Below are positions 1 to 12,789 of a stretch of 64,000 bases of DNA, piece by piece. The position numbers and the translations under genes were made by a program. Within the stretch, counting starts at the first letter, position 1, and each line of letters begins with the position of its first letter. The notes under the pieces are model-generated. The model saw nothing but the letters and a program-made list of their open reading frames with translations, was not told where the DNA came from and ran no database searches. The DNA comes from Macrostomum lignano (Eukaryota): contig NIVC01000056.1 of the NCBI GenBank assembly GCA_002269645.1, positions 248,001-312,000 of the forward strand. Reading direction: 5' to 3'.

Positions 1-3000
1 GCGAGACGGTCCTGGTGGAGCAGTGCAGCATCGGCGGCCTTCTGCTGGCGCCACCTTCAGCCAGCTGTGCGGCCTGAGTCCCCTGATCCGCTTGTTCTTC
101 ATCAGAACCGTCATCCTCTTCATCATTGCTTGAGCAGCTGCTTTCGTTCCGTTGTTGCTGCTGTGGCTGTTGCTGGGGTTGAGTTTGAAGCGTGTTAGAG
201 CTGTGTGTTAGAGCTATTAGCTGCGCTTGTCAACTACTGTTAGGGTTGGGGTTGGGGTTAGGGTTATGTTTATGGTTAGGGTTGGGGTTAGGGTTAGTGT
301 TGGTGTTAATGCTACAGTGGCATTTGGGTTGCGCTACTAATGAAAAGTGCATGTACTACTGTAAGTACCAAATTGACAGGCGCTCGCATCTGATCCTGCA
401 GCGAGTTCTGGCTGGCCAGTTCGAGGTCCTTGCACCGCTGCCTGTAGTGGCTGGCCAGGATCAGCTTGCAGTAGTTCAGCTGCCGCTGCTTGGCGTAGTC
501 CCACGGGGTGGCGTGGTCCCGGTCCCGCGCCTCCATGTCGGCTGCGGAGCGGTTCGGGAGACTGATGGAGTGACAGGCTGATTGAGTGACAGGTTGATGG
601 AGTGACAGGCCGATGGAGTGACAGGCTGATTGAGTGACAGGTTGATGGAGTGACAGGCTGATGGAGTGACAGGCTGATTGAGTGACAGGTTGATGGAGTG
701 ACAGACTGGTGGAGTGATAGACTGATGGAGTGGCAGACTGATGGAGTGACAGACTGGTGGAGTGACAGACTGGTGGAGTGACAGACTGGTGGAGTGACAG
801 ACTGGTGGAGTTACAGACTGATAGAGTGACAGCTGATAGAGCGACAGGCTGATGGAGTGACAGGCTGATGGAGTGACAGGCTGATGAAGCGACAGGCTGA
901 TGGAGTGACAGGCTGATGGAGTGACAGGCTGATTGAGTGACAGACTGATGGAGTGACAGGCTGATGGAGTGACAGGCTGATGAAGCGACAGGCTGATTGA
1001 GTGACAGGCTGATGGAGTGACAGGCTGATGGAGTGACAGGCTGATTGAGTGACAGACTGATGGAGTGACAGACTGATGGAGTGACAGGCTGATGGAGTGA
1101 CAGGCTCCGAACTCACCACCCTGGTCCAGCAGGAAGTTGAGCACTTCGCCGTGGCCACCGATAGTGGCGAGGTGAACAGCGGACCGGCTGTCCTGGTCGC
1201 GGTAGTCAATGATGGACTTGCCGCCCACCTCCATGATGATCTTGCAGGCCGGGAGCGACCCTGCAAGCGGTTGGTTTGGTTCCGTGAAAATATTGCTTGC
1301 ATTCGGTGTCTTCTAAAAGAAAGTGTTTCTTCGAAACAGAAACAGATTCCTCACCCTGCTCAGCGGCCACCATCAAGACGTTTTTTCCGCTCATGTCTGT
1401 CACGACCGCGTTTTCCTCGGTGATGAGGGTCTGCAATTGAGATGAGCTGCGTTAGCGAGAATTCTCCCAGAATCTCCACCGAGATTTCCCCTGGGACCCC
1501 ATGGAATTCCCCTCAGAATTCCCCACTGACAATATTGCTCTGAAAGATTTCTGAAGAAAATCGATATTGATATTGAGCTGACCCTCAGGCACTCCAGCGG
1601 TTCCTGGCGCCTGACGGCCCAGTGCAGGAAGGTCCAGCCGGAGGCGTCCCGCTCCATGCCGTCGGCGAATTCGTCGACTTGGACCAGCCGGCTGAGGATG
1701 GCGAAGTGGTCGATGTTGTCGAGACGGCAGGCCCACATGGACGGCGTGGTCAGGTCTCTGTCCCGGACGCTGGGGTTGGCCCGGCTCTTCAACAGGATCT
1801 GCGGGGTGCGGTGATTCTCAGGATGAGACGGTTCTGAGGATGAGACGATTCTCAGGGTGAGACGATTCTCAGGGTGAGACGATTCTCAGGATTCTTATCT
1901 CACAATTCTCACAATTCTCACAATTCTCAGAATGAGACGATTCTCAGGATGAGACGATTCTCGGGATGAGACAATTCTCAGGGTGAGACGATTCTCAGGA
2001 TTCTCATCTCACAATTCTCACAATTCTCACAATTCTCAGAATGAGACGATTCTCAGGATGAGACGATTCTCGGGATGAGACAATTCTCAGGATGAGACGA
2101 TTCTCAGGATGAGACGATTCTCAGGGTGAGACGATTCTCAGGGTGAAACGATTCTCAGGATTCTCATCTCACAATTCTCACAATTCTCACAATTCTCAGA
2201 ATGAGACGATTCTCAGGATGAGACGATTCTCGGGATGAGACAATTCTCAGGGTGAGACGATTCTCAGGATTCTCATCTCACAATTCTCACAATTCTCACA
2301 ATTCTCAGAATGAGACGATTCTCAGGATGAGACGATTCTCAGGATGAGACGATTCTCAGGATGAGACGATTCGAACCTTACCTTCAGACACTCTGTGGTG
2401 TGCGTGGTGACGGCCCAGTGCAGCGGTGCGCGCCCCATGCTGTCCTGACAGTCAACACTTGCCCTATGATTGACAAGCAGCTCGGTGAAATTCCACAGGC
2501 CTTTGTGAGCGGCCAGGTGCAACGCTGTTGACTGATCTGGAAATATTGGATTCGAAGTTTTCAGCTGCAAATCAGAGTGTCAAAGTCTGAGTCGAAGTCA
2601 AATAGGGCTCAACTATTCGACAAATGGTGTAAACTTTTGGGACAACCGGAGGAAGGAAGCTGAGGACATCACTAGTCTATACATAGTCTTATGTATAGTC
2701 TCGCCTCAAACTGCACAGGCGCGCTTATGCAGCGCACCCTACTGAGCAAGCTGAGCTTTCAGTAGAAAAGCAAGAAAATTCAAAGAATTTTTAGCGGCGC
2801 AATGCAAAAAACTCGAGTAAAATAAAATGCGAAACAAACCGTGCGCGACAGCGTTGACATCGGCACCGTGGCGGAGCAGCCAATCCGCGGTGTCGAACTG
2901 CTCGAACTGCACGGCGTACATCAGCAGGCCGCGGCCCATGCCGTCGCACTCGTCCAGGCAGGCCGGGTCTGCCACGGAAAGGAGAGAGAAGGGAGAGAGA

Positions 3001-4920
3001 GGAGTGAGAGAGAGAGCTCGAGAACAATGGCAGCTCGGTGGCAGCAAATGAGCTTGGCAATTTAGAGAAAAGAAGAGAAGTGACAGAAGGGTGACGAGAG
3101 GTGCGCGCACCCGATATCTGTATGATGCATGCCTGTCCCGCGCATACCCGCTGCCAAACCCAGTGGCTTGTGCAAACAATTGAATCAAGAGCAGAGTGTG
3201 AGAGAGGGAGGCAGTGAGTGTGGCAGAGCAGAGCCAGACCCGACAGTTTTTTAAGACTTTTATGCAGTCATTTTTCTCTCATTTCTGATTCCGCTCCGTC
3301 ACCCCACCCTCGCATCGGGTGCCTGCTGCCTATTATTTGCGAGTCAAAGCCGCTCAGTGTGGCGGCCCCATGCTGAGCTTTTCATTGCTTTCCCGCATGC
3401 TGTAGGCCCCGTTGTCTGATTAATAGGCAGCTGCTTATTAGATATGAATCTGGGCTGCACTCAGGTGTGAATTGCATTAATGCGTTTTTCCTAGAAATTG
3501 ATGAAATATTGCAGTTTTCACCTGTACCAGTCCAACCAGTCCAACCGGTATCTAAGCAGCACCTATGGGTGTCCAACCGGTATCTAAGCAGCACCTATGG
3601 GTGTCCAACCGGTATCTAAGCAGCACCTATGGGTGTCCAACCGGTATCTAAGCAGCACCTATGGGTGTCCAACCGGTATCTAAGCAGCACCTATGGGTGT
3701 CCAACCGGTATCTAAGCAGCACCTATGGGTGTCCAACCGGTATCTAAGCAGCACCTATGGGTGTCCAACCGGTATCTAAGCAGCACCTATGGGTGTCCAA
3801 CCGGTATCTAAGCAGCACCTATGGGTGTCCAACCGGTATCTAAGCAGCACCTATGGGTGTCCAACCGGTATCTAAGCAGCACCTATGGGTGTCCAACCGG
3901 TATCTAAACAGCACCTATGGGTGTCCAACCGGTATCTAAACAGCACCTATGGGTGTCCAACCGGTATCTAAACAGCGCCTAGGGGTGTCCAACCGGTATC
4001 TAAGCAGCACCTATGGGTGTCCAACCGGTAGCTACCACGGCACCGCATAATCCGACAAACTCTAGAAATATTCGCTCTGGCCTTAGCTGTCGCCATTGAG
4101 TACTTCTAACAATGCATTTACCTGTACTAAACGACATATTATGCCCAAAAAATTACAACTCCGCCAATCAACTTTGAGTGGCGGACTCAAGACTTTTAGG
4201 GCGCGTTTGTTTTTACTAAAATAGAAAAATGGGAAAGATCTCTGCCAAAACACCCAAGTGTTTGTCTCCCGACCCTGGTCTCTCGACCCTGGTCTCCCGA
4301 CCCTGGTCTCTCGACCCTGGTCTCTCGACCCTGGTCTCTCGACCCTGGTCTCTCGACCCTGGTCTCTCGACCCTGGTCTCTCGACCCTGGTCTCTCGACC
4401 CTGGTCTCTCGACCCTGGTCTCTCGACCCTGGTCTCTCGACCCTGGTCTCTCGACCCTGGTCTCTCGACCCTGGTCTCTCGACCCTGGTCTCTCGACCCT
4501 GGTCTCTCGACCCTGGTCTCTCGACCCTGGTCTCTCGACCCTGGTCTCTCGACCCTGGTCTCTCGACCCTGGTCTCCCAACCCTGGTCTCCCGCCCCTGG
4601 TCTCCCGACCCTGGTCTCCGCCCCTGGTCTCCGCCCCTGGTCTCCGTACTGTTGCTGTGCAGAGCTTTCAGAGTCTCCAAGTCGCCAGTTTTGCTGGCGC
4701 TGAGTGCCAGAGACATGCCCAGAGGCAAGCCAGGCTCCTGAGACCGCAGCAGGCTCATCCTCCGGCCTTCGAGGTCCTGCCAGCGCCACTCGAATTGTTC
4801 CGGCCGTTCCACGGGCGGCGTCATTGGCGACAGTCCCCGCAGAGACGAGTTGCTTAGCGACGCGTTGTCTTTGTCCCGGTTTTCTAAGCGGCGACGCAGG
4901 TACCGATAGTACTTCTGCAT
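1..4920 (-). CDS. Ankyrin-repeat protein, inversin/ANKRD55-like; multi-exon, 3' end beyond the window
   Basis: Exons (minus): 4650-4920, 2840-2968, 2382-2536, 1583-1798, 1355-1430, 1117-1260, ~388-541, and a Q/acidic low-complexity exon <1-~200. GT-AG boundaries and phases are compatible for the first six junctions. The translation has serial ankyrin repeats (GRGLLMYAV, QSTALHLAAHKG, GRAPLHWAV, GWTFLHWAV, GKNVLMVAAEQG, SRSAVHLATIGGHGEVLNFLLDQG). The N-terminal repeats resemble inversin. The start codon and the last junction are uncertain. Confidence 0.85.
562..1106. repeat. 16-bp minisatellite (GATGGAGTGACAGGCT)n filling an intron of the ankyrin gene
   Basis: Visible tandem unit; source of the spurious ORFs 476..1234 and 811..1302. 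Confidence 0.95.
1819..2371. repeat. ~17-bp compound minisatellite (GGATGAGACGATTCTCA / CACAATTCT)n in an ankyrin-gene intron
   Basis: Visible tandem units between exons 1583-1798 and 2382-2536. Confidence 0.9.
3541..4030. repeat. 32-bp tandem repeat (CCAACCGGTATCTAAGCAGCACCTATGGGTGT), ~15 copies
   Basis: Near-identical head-to-tail units with no spacers, in intron 1 of the ankyrin gene. Confidence 0.95.
4266..4645. repeat. 14-bp tandem repeat (GACCCTGGTCTCTC)n abutting the exon-1 donor of the ankyrin gene
   Basis: Visible tandem unit; source of the RPGSRDQG/LSTLVSRP ORFs. Confidence 0.95.
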
Positions 4921-6034
4921 GTGCAGCAAAGCCAAGTTCAGGGCGTCGCGGACTTCGGCGCATTCCGGTGTTGAGTCGAGTTTTAACAGAAACTGATGGA
5001 TGTAAGCAGATGTTTTCTGAAAGTCTGAAATGTATTTTAGGGTGAATTATTTGAATTATTAGATACGCTTTAGCCAATTTTGAGAGTTATGGCTCAAAAG
5101 CTCAGTAGCCATTTTGAGAGTTGGTATGAAAATAAAAATTCACGACAAAACAAACGATTTGTTGCTAAAACTATTTTATATTCATAGCATCATCAAAAAC
5201 TTTGTGTAACTTTTATTCTTTTATAATTTACACTCTAATCACTTTAAAGTTTTTCCCTATTCTCTGGTAATTTAACCTACTGACAAAAGCCTTGAGGCGC
5301 CTTATAAGCGCGACTAATCTACCAACCAATTAAATTTAAGTATAATGGTCACAAACATAAAGGCCATATATTTGTCCGCAAGTCATCTAATTTGTAAGGC
5401 AATGCAGAAAAATACACCAAAATGTTACTCACATAGGGGAAAAGTTGACGCAGGGAATTATTATACACGACCACTTTACACTTACCTTTTCTTTTCACCG
5501 CCATAATATTGGAAGCCGTGAGCGTTTTACTGTGTGAAATAACCAGACTCGAATGATGACTTTCTAGCCATCGATAAGTGATGGTGACAAAGTCACCTGA
5601 ATTGCAGTGTTTGTTTTTATCAGGGTCAATAGTTGTGATAGCAGTGGTAAGATTTTTAAAAAATAATTTTTCGACAGAACTAAAGTTAAAAATTAGGTTT
5701 CGTAAACAACCTAAAGAAACATCGTTTTTAACAAATTTTTATTTTCAATTTTTGCAAAACTTGTTTTTATTATTTATTAAGTTCTAGAGATTGTTTAAAA
5801 TAGTTTTTTGCATACCTAATTACGACGTTTTTACTAAAACTAATTTAAAATTTACGTAATAATTCAAAGTGTACATTCAGATCTAGATGTCACTGCAGCG
5901 TAAAATTTCTACTTAAAGAATTAAATTAATTTACATTTTACAGAAGTAAAATATGACTTGGTATATTCGTAGCTTATAGATTTAGTAAATTTGATTGGGC
6001 AATAGTCTAAAAAATTATTTGCTTGAGCAGAGTA

Positions 6035-6309
6035 CAGTGGCGTAGCCAGGAATTTTAATTGGGTTGGGGTCGGGTTGGCCTGGCCCTGGCTGACCATGCC
6101 TTATGCCATTGCCCCTTTTGGCGCCGCAGGCACTCATTTTGGCGCCACAGGCACTCATTTTAGCGCCACAGGCACTCATTTTGGCGCCGCAGGCACTCAT
6201 TTTAGCGCCACAGGCACTCATTTTGGCGCCGCAGGCACTCATTTTGGCGCCGCAGGCACGCAATTGCCTCATGGGGGACGCGCCCCCCCGCCCCCTGGCT
6301 ACGCCACTG
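6035..6309. mobile_element. MITE with 16-bp perfect terminal inverted repeats, probably hAT-type, carrying an internal 21-bp tandem repeat
   Basis: CAGTGGCGTAGCCAGG (6035-6050) is the reverse complement of CCTGGCTACGCCACTG (6294-6309). The 8-bp flanks GCAGAGTA and CAAGAGTA match at 6/8, like a decayed 8-bp TSD. No coding capacity. Confidence 0.75.
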
Positions 6310-7663
6310 CAAGAGTACGAAATGCTAGGCCTACTACTAACACCACTACTAGGGCTAGGCCTAAGGCCTACCCTGCTAGACTTGCCTCTGACTGACTGCA
6401 AAAAAAAATAATAAGGAGAAAAGTTTTATTCTGGTCATTGGGGCGAGAGCTATGTGTCTGAAATATTAGTTTTGTGTTTTTAGCATTAAATAGTAAAACT
6501 AAATAATATAATATTTAATTAGGTGGGATGCAAGACAATGACTTATCTTAAGTCAAGAGAGGTGAACTGGTGAAGCACATGTTATCACAATGCCAATGGC
6601 TACCAATATCACTAAATGTACATATGACATAGCATATGATATGCCCTGGTTATTAAAAATTGCATATTTCTCATAATGTCTTTTGACTATATGTTTTATA
6701 CTAGAGGATTCTAACCTCAAATAGACCTAGGTTAGGATTAATAAGAACTTTTATTAGTATAGGCCTAGTCATATAAAACCTTGGCCTAGTCATTATAAAT
6801 TATATAAGCCTAGGCCTTAATCAACTTCAACTGTAGGCCTATATAGAGTCTAAGTTATCTATTATTAGCATTTTAATTTATTTTTTAGCATTAGAATCTT
6901 TATCAAGCAGTGGCAATAAGTTTATTTATTTGCATTTTTGCATTATTTGCATTAGCATTTTATTTGCATTAGAATCTTTATCAAGCAGTGCATTAAAAGT
7001 TTTAAAAACCAAAAAAATAGAAAAATATTAAAAAACTAGGCCTATAATAAAAAGAAAATTTCAAAAAAGTTATTTTAATTTGTTTTTTATGTTTATATTG
7101 TTAAATACTACATTTTAAAATAAATTGTTTCTTAATTTCCATTTATAAGAAAAAAACATGTTTATAGTTTTTTATTTCAACTTTATTTACATTATAGAAT
7201 TTCATAATTATAGAAGTATAGATACAACTATAAAAGGTTACAGATATGAAGGTTTTTAGACAAAGCATACAAATATGGTTATTTATAATTATGAATATAT
7301 TTTTTGTCTAGTTCCTTTATCTAGTATACAATTCAACTGAGGCTTGAAAGACCATTGGAGCTATTGATTTGATAGGGTTAGGGATGAATGAAAGTTGCCA
7401 GTTTCAAAGTGAAGAGAACTTTTAAATCCCTAGAATTTAGGACTCAAGCAATAAAGATTTCAATGTGATATGCAAAAGAATATGTTGTGATTAGATGGTA
7501 GAGGCTAGTTAAGATAAATGTTTCACTTTCAATGCAAGGGAAGCTCTTAAGTCCCTGGGATAGAAGACTTAAACAACAAAGAATTTCAGAGTTTTGATGC
7601 CATGTGCAGTTGTAATTGGGTAGTTGGGGCTAAAGTTAAGATGCATAGTTTGGATTATGAATT

Positions 7664-8571
7664 TGTTGTAACCCGGGTCGGCTTGGGTGCCCAGTCCCGA
7701 GTACAATATATATTATATGTGAAATAACAGGCGTTGTGACGCTCTGTCTGTACTTTTATGAATACGACGAGCAGGCGTGGCGACGCTCTGCGATAATAAT
7801 TCGATCCCTCTGGTGTTGTGACACTCAGAGTTCACGCTGCGGCTTGAGGTGTGGTGACACTCTCGAGTGCTTCTATTCTCTATACCGTAGGGCGTACGCA
7901 ATATATATGGTAAACGGTACCGTACTACAGAAGCTATATGGTCTCCCGGCGTTATGACGCTCTGGCAAGAATTCGGCCTAGCAAGCTTCCCGAAAAGAAA
8001 GGAGTCAAACAGCAGGCGGCTTACCAGTGGCCAGATGACTGTTCACCGTTTATTATTCGCAGGTCTCAAGCGCAGTTTCCGACTTCTTCTTAATTCTCCC
8101 AGACTCTTCTCAATTAGGCTATTGTGTTTCTTTTATCGAAGTAGCTAATGTTGCTGTTTCTTTTATCGAAGTAGCTAATGTTGCTGTTTCTTTTATCAGG
8201 TCTCGCGCTTGCACTCTCGGAGCACACCAAAACACAAAAAGCACGCAGGAGGTGGGCAAGAGCCAGAGTCGCACCATAAATAGCACCCAAACCCTGGGGC
8301 AGACGGCCCCACCGGCTAAGCTCACCAAAACAAACCACGCCGGCCCAGCCAATCAAAACCCCGCCTAAGGGGGAGGGGCAGCACCCGCGCCAAAGCTGGC
8401 CCGGCCGCAGCCAACCAGCCCTGAGCACGGGGCAGGGGCACGGCTGGGGAGGGGCACGCGCAAAGCCCGGCCGGCGGCCAAACCCTGCCACGCCCGCCAC
8501 GCCCGCCAACCCCCCCAACCAGCCCCAAAGTGCAACGCGCCCTGCCAACTGACAAGGGCGCATGCACTACA
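7664..8571 (-). mobile_element. Probable solo LTR (~908 bp)
   Basis: Begins TGT and ends ACA, with an AATT 4-bp direct repeat on both sides (7660-7663, 8572-8575). On the minus strand a GC-rich U3-like part with a CCAAT box is followed by a TATA-like TATTTAT (~8275) and AATAAA (~8050). Composition contrasts sharply with the AT-rich flanks. Confidence 0.6.
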
Positions 8572-9081
8572 AATTTTTTATATTATTTGACTATTTCCTA
8601 GCTTTTAATGATGTTAATCCCAATGGCAAAGTGCCTCTATCATTCCCAATTATATAGTAAGAAAGTAAAGAATGGCAGCAATAGTTAAACCTATCACTCA
8701 TTGACAGTGTCTCATTTATGAATTGTATAGGAAAAATCGCTGAGATTGTCTTCATCTTAACTTTAGCCTTCACCACCATTGAAAATCTCTGTTGCTTGAG
8801 TCCACAACTACAATGAAAGTGAGAACAGTGGCTTGCATGGGCAATGCTACTGGATATGGCAGACTCTACTAACTAACATCTATTATAGACTCCAAGCTGA
8901 CTTCCCAAGATCCAGTGATCCTTGATCCTTATTTCCATGCTGAATCCCAATTATCCCCTTGTCCCAAAGAATCGCAAAGTGCAAAATCCTTACTGGATCG
9001 CATGCATGCTTTAGGCACAGTGCAGCTGCGGTGTGAAGGAGAACCCACCTGAGTATCGATAATTATCCAGTCCGCCAGTCC

Positions 9082-10357
9082 ATGGCCTCCCGCGCCGGGC
9101 CCAGGGCCGCCGGTTCTGATGGCTCAGATTTTGTTCACCGCGAAGTCATCGAGCTGCGCCATCGGATCAGCTCGGTGCTCAAGCCCCGAGTTCGCGTGCT
9201 CAGCTTCATCCACTCGCTGCTGCTGCTGGCCGCCGGGGCCAGGGTCTTCGCCCGTCCGGCCAGCCTGCCCTCAGTGACCCCGGCTGACCTCGCCTGGCTG
9301 GCCTCCGGCCTGGCGCCAATGGCCGCCCTGCTTGCGCTGCCGAGGAACCGCACCTGGCCTCTCCGGTGCGCAATCGCCTGCCACCTGGCCTGCGGTCTTG
9401 CGCCAATCGTTTGGACTGTCTGGCGCCACGCCGCCGATCTGCACGATTTTGTGTCCACCAGGCGGGATGAGTACCGCCTGCCCTTGGGAGACCTGCCGTA
9501 CACGCCTGTGCTCTACCTGTTCCTGTCGGTCTGTCTGCAGGTGAGATTAGGTTTTGGCTGGGGCGATGAGCAAATAGGTTAAGTAATTACTTCTGATTCC
9601 TATCTCCCGCCCACCAGATTCCTAGAATCGCCCTCTCCTGACCAGATCGCTAGAATCGCCCTCTCCTGACCAGATCGCTAGAATCGCCCTCTACTGACCA
9701 GATCGCTAGAATCGCCCTCTCCTGACCAGATCGCTAGAATCGCCCTCTCCTGACCAGATCGCTAGAATCGCCCTCTCCTGACCAGATCGCTAGAATCGCC
9801 CTCTCCTGACCAGATCGCTAGAATCGCCCTCTCCTGACCAGATCGCTAGAATCGCCCTCTCCTGACCAGATTGCTAGAATCGCCCTCTCCTGACCAGATC
9901 GCTAGAATCGCCCTCTACTGACCAGATCGCTAGAATCGCCCTCTACTGACCAGATCGCTAGAATCGCCCTCTCCTGACCAGATCGCTAGAATCGCCCTCT
10001 CCTGACCAGAACGCAAGAATCGCCCTCTCCTGACCAGATTGCTAGAATCGCCCTCTCCTGACCAGATCGCTAGAATCGCCCTCTCCTGACCAGAACGCAA
10101 GAATCGCCCTCTCCTGACCAGATTGCTAGAATCGCCCTCTCCTGACCAGATCGCTAGAATCGCCATCTCCTGACCAGATCGCTAGAATCGCCCTCTCCTG
10201 ACCAGATCGCTAGAATCGTGAATCAAGCCAGCACCCCAATAACTGCCAGGTGCACGGGTTCAGCCTATACTACTGCTGGCGTCTGTTGCGCGCCTGGTCG
10301 CCCCGTGCCGCAACAAATCCAACCGCCGCGAACTCTGCCGGAAAGAAGCGATCTTAA
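9082..10357 (+). CDS. JAGN1: Protein jagunal homolog (ER membrane protein), 188 aa
   Basis: join(9082..9540,10250..10357) with a phase-0 GT-AG intron. The N-terminus [21 protein letters not shown] is nearly identical to vertebrate JAGN1 ([21 protein letters not shown]). It has hydrophobic TM segments and a C-terminal dilysine ER-retrieval motif KKRS. Confidence 0.95.
9620..10217. repeat. 28-bp tandem repeat (AGAATCGCCCTCTCCTGACCAGATCGCT), ~21 copies, filling the JAGN1 intron
   Basis: Visible tandem unit. Confidence 0.95.
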
Positions 10358-10866
10358 AAACTGTCAAATTGTCAGCCAATCTGGTCTGGGTGAAATGGGA
10401 CTGAATTTTTGCTAATAGTGCTGCTTGCTGCTTTAATAATAAAATTTAGTCTGTTTTATTTTACTTTCCTTTCAGAAAACCGAATAGCGATAAAGGAATT
10501 GTATTTATTTAGATTTGACTGTATTCAAATTTTTAGTCTGACCCTTGCTTCTCTTGCTTGTTGGCTATTTATAAATATACCTGTGCATGTTCCTGCGGCA
10601 ACCAATCCCGGGCGGTGGGTGCGCTTGCTCTGCTATCAATAGTTGGTGCAGCTTTCGGTTAACTGACTTTAAACCAAAGTTTCCTTTGCATCCGTTGGTT
10701 TTTGCTGTTAACCTGTTGCTGATAGTTGATATAAATTTGAATGCCTAGTCTCGATTATTGGAGTGCAGCTTTTACCGACTATTGCCATATTATTTATCGG
10801 CTCGGGTTGTGTAAATCTTTGTATATTGTTGAATTATGTTAATTTATTAACGTTATCAAAAATAAA

Positions 10867-11580
10867 TAGACTCGCCCCTCTGAGCAGTTCTCCCCAAAAC
10901 TCGCCCCTCTGAGCAGTTCTCCACAAAGACTCGCCCCTCTGAGCAGTTCTCCCCAAAACTCGCCCCTCTGAGCAGTTCTCCACAAAGACTCGCCCCTCTG
11001 ATCAGTTCTCCACAAAGACTCGCCCCTCTGATCAGTTCTCCACAAAGACTCGCCCCTCTGATCAGTTCTCCACAAAGACTCGCCCCTCTGAGCAGTTCTC
11101 CACAAAGACTCGCCCCTCTGAGCAGTTCTCCCCAAAGACTCGCCCCTCTGAGCAGTTCTCCACAAAGAATCACCCCTCTGAGCAGTTCTCCACAAAGACT
11201 CGCCCCTCTGAGCAGTTCTCCACAAAGACTCGCCCCTCTGATCAGTTCTCCACAAAGACTCGCCCCTCTGAGCAGTTCTCCCCAAAGACTCGCCCCTCTG
11301 ATCAGTTCTCCACAAAGACTCGCCCCTCTGAGCAGTTCTCCACAAAGACTCGCCCCTCTGAGCAGTTCTCCCCAAAGACTCGCCCCTCTGATCAGTTCTC
11401 CACAAAGACTCGCCCCTCTGAGCAGTTCTCCCCAAAGACTCGCCCCTCTGATCAGTTCTCCACAAAGACTCGCCCCTCTGAGCAGTTCTCCCCAAAACTC
11501 GCCCCTCTGAGCAGTTCTCCACAAAGACTCGCCCCTCTGAGCAGTTCTCCACAAAGACTCGGCCCTCTAAGCAGTTCTCC
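10867..11580. repeat. 30-bp tandem repeat (GACTCGCCCCTCTGAGCAGTTCTCCACAAA), ~24 copies
   Basis: Visible tandem unit between the JAGN1 and IRF2BP 3' ends. Confidence 0.95.
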
Positions 11581-12070
11581 CAAAAAATCACCCCAAAAAT
11601 CACGAGACGAATCAATGAAGTTATGCAGGTAGAGGTTTTTATATTTATAGTTTATTATATATTTACACGTACGCAGCTTTCTAGCTCAGGACTACATGTA
11701 ATGGTATCGTGTACATCGCTCAACATGACAGTGAACATTAATTCTTATGAAGTTGAAAACTAACACATGCGATTGCATATACATGTACACTGCCACAAAC
11801 ACGGACTGCGCGTCTGTATATGATGGGGAATTATTGATAACAAGATTGTTGCGAGGCGCAGAACGGATGTACACATTTATCTACTATGCGAGTACATGTT
11901 TGCATGGTCCTGTGTACTCGTAGTTTTACTAGATGAGAAATGAGTACTCTTAAAAAACTGAAAACCTCCCATCTCATTAAAACAGTGGGGCTACGAGTTT
12001 TTTAAAACTGAAAATTTTTAAGTACTATAAATATGTAATGCTATACCAGTATACACATGTATGTGATTCT

Positions 12071-12757
12071 TAGGGGCGTAGCCAGGAGAGACTCCGTCAT
12101 CACTAGGGGCGCCAGCATCACAAGGGCGTCATCATCATCACCACTAGGGACACCATAATCATCACCAGGGACACCATCTATCACTAAGGGCGCCATCATC
12201 ATCATCACTATTGGCGCTATCATCATCATCATCACTAAGGGCGCCATCATCATCATCACTAAGGGCGCCATCATCATCATCACTAAGGGCGCCATCATCA
12301 TCATCACTATTGGCGCTATCATCATTATCATCACTAAGGGCGCCATCATCATCATCACTAGGGGCGCCATCATCATCATCACTATTAGCGCTATCATCAT
12401 CATCATCACTAAGTGGCATCATCATCACTAGGGGCGCCATCATCATCATCACCATGGGCGCTATCATCATCATCACTATTAGCGCTATCATCATCATCAT
12501 CACTAAGTGGCATCATCTTCATCACTAAGTGGCATCATCATCATCACTAAGTGGCATCATCTTCATCACTAAGTGGCATCATCATCATCACTAAGTGGCA
12601 TCATCATCATCACTAAGTGGCATCATAATCATCACTAGAGGCGCCAGCGCCAGGGTCGCCAAAGCTAATGGTCAGCGGGAGCCACATACATGTACTTTTC
12701 CCACCCAACCGGTGGGGGGCCGCGGCCCTCCTTGCCCCCTCCCTGGCTGCGCCCGTG
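12071..12757. mobile_element. MITE-like element related to 6035-6309, inflated by an internal (CAT)n-GGCGCC minisatellite
   Basis: The left end TAGGGGCGTAGCCAGG and the reverse complement of the right end CACGGGCGCAGCCAGG share the GGCG(T/C)AGCCAGG TIR core. The internal array spans ~12095-12640. No TSD recognised. Confidence 0.55.
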
Positions 12758-12789
12758 TCAGTCCGGGGCCCATTCGGACCCGCAGTCCC

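Noticed and set aside
363-390. Non-canonical GC-AG intron in the ankyrin gene (AT|GCGAGC at 388)
   Set aside because: It fits the acceptor at 200, but a canonical TTG|GTACTT donor (~368) with the acceptor at 220 also keeps frame. This cannot be resolved without transcripts.
3541-4030. 32-bp repeat as a CRISPR array
   Set aside because: Units are head-to-tail with no unique spacers, there are no cas genes, and the context is a eukaryotic intron. The same applies to the 35-bp array at 31125-33116.
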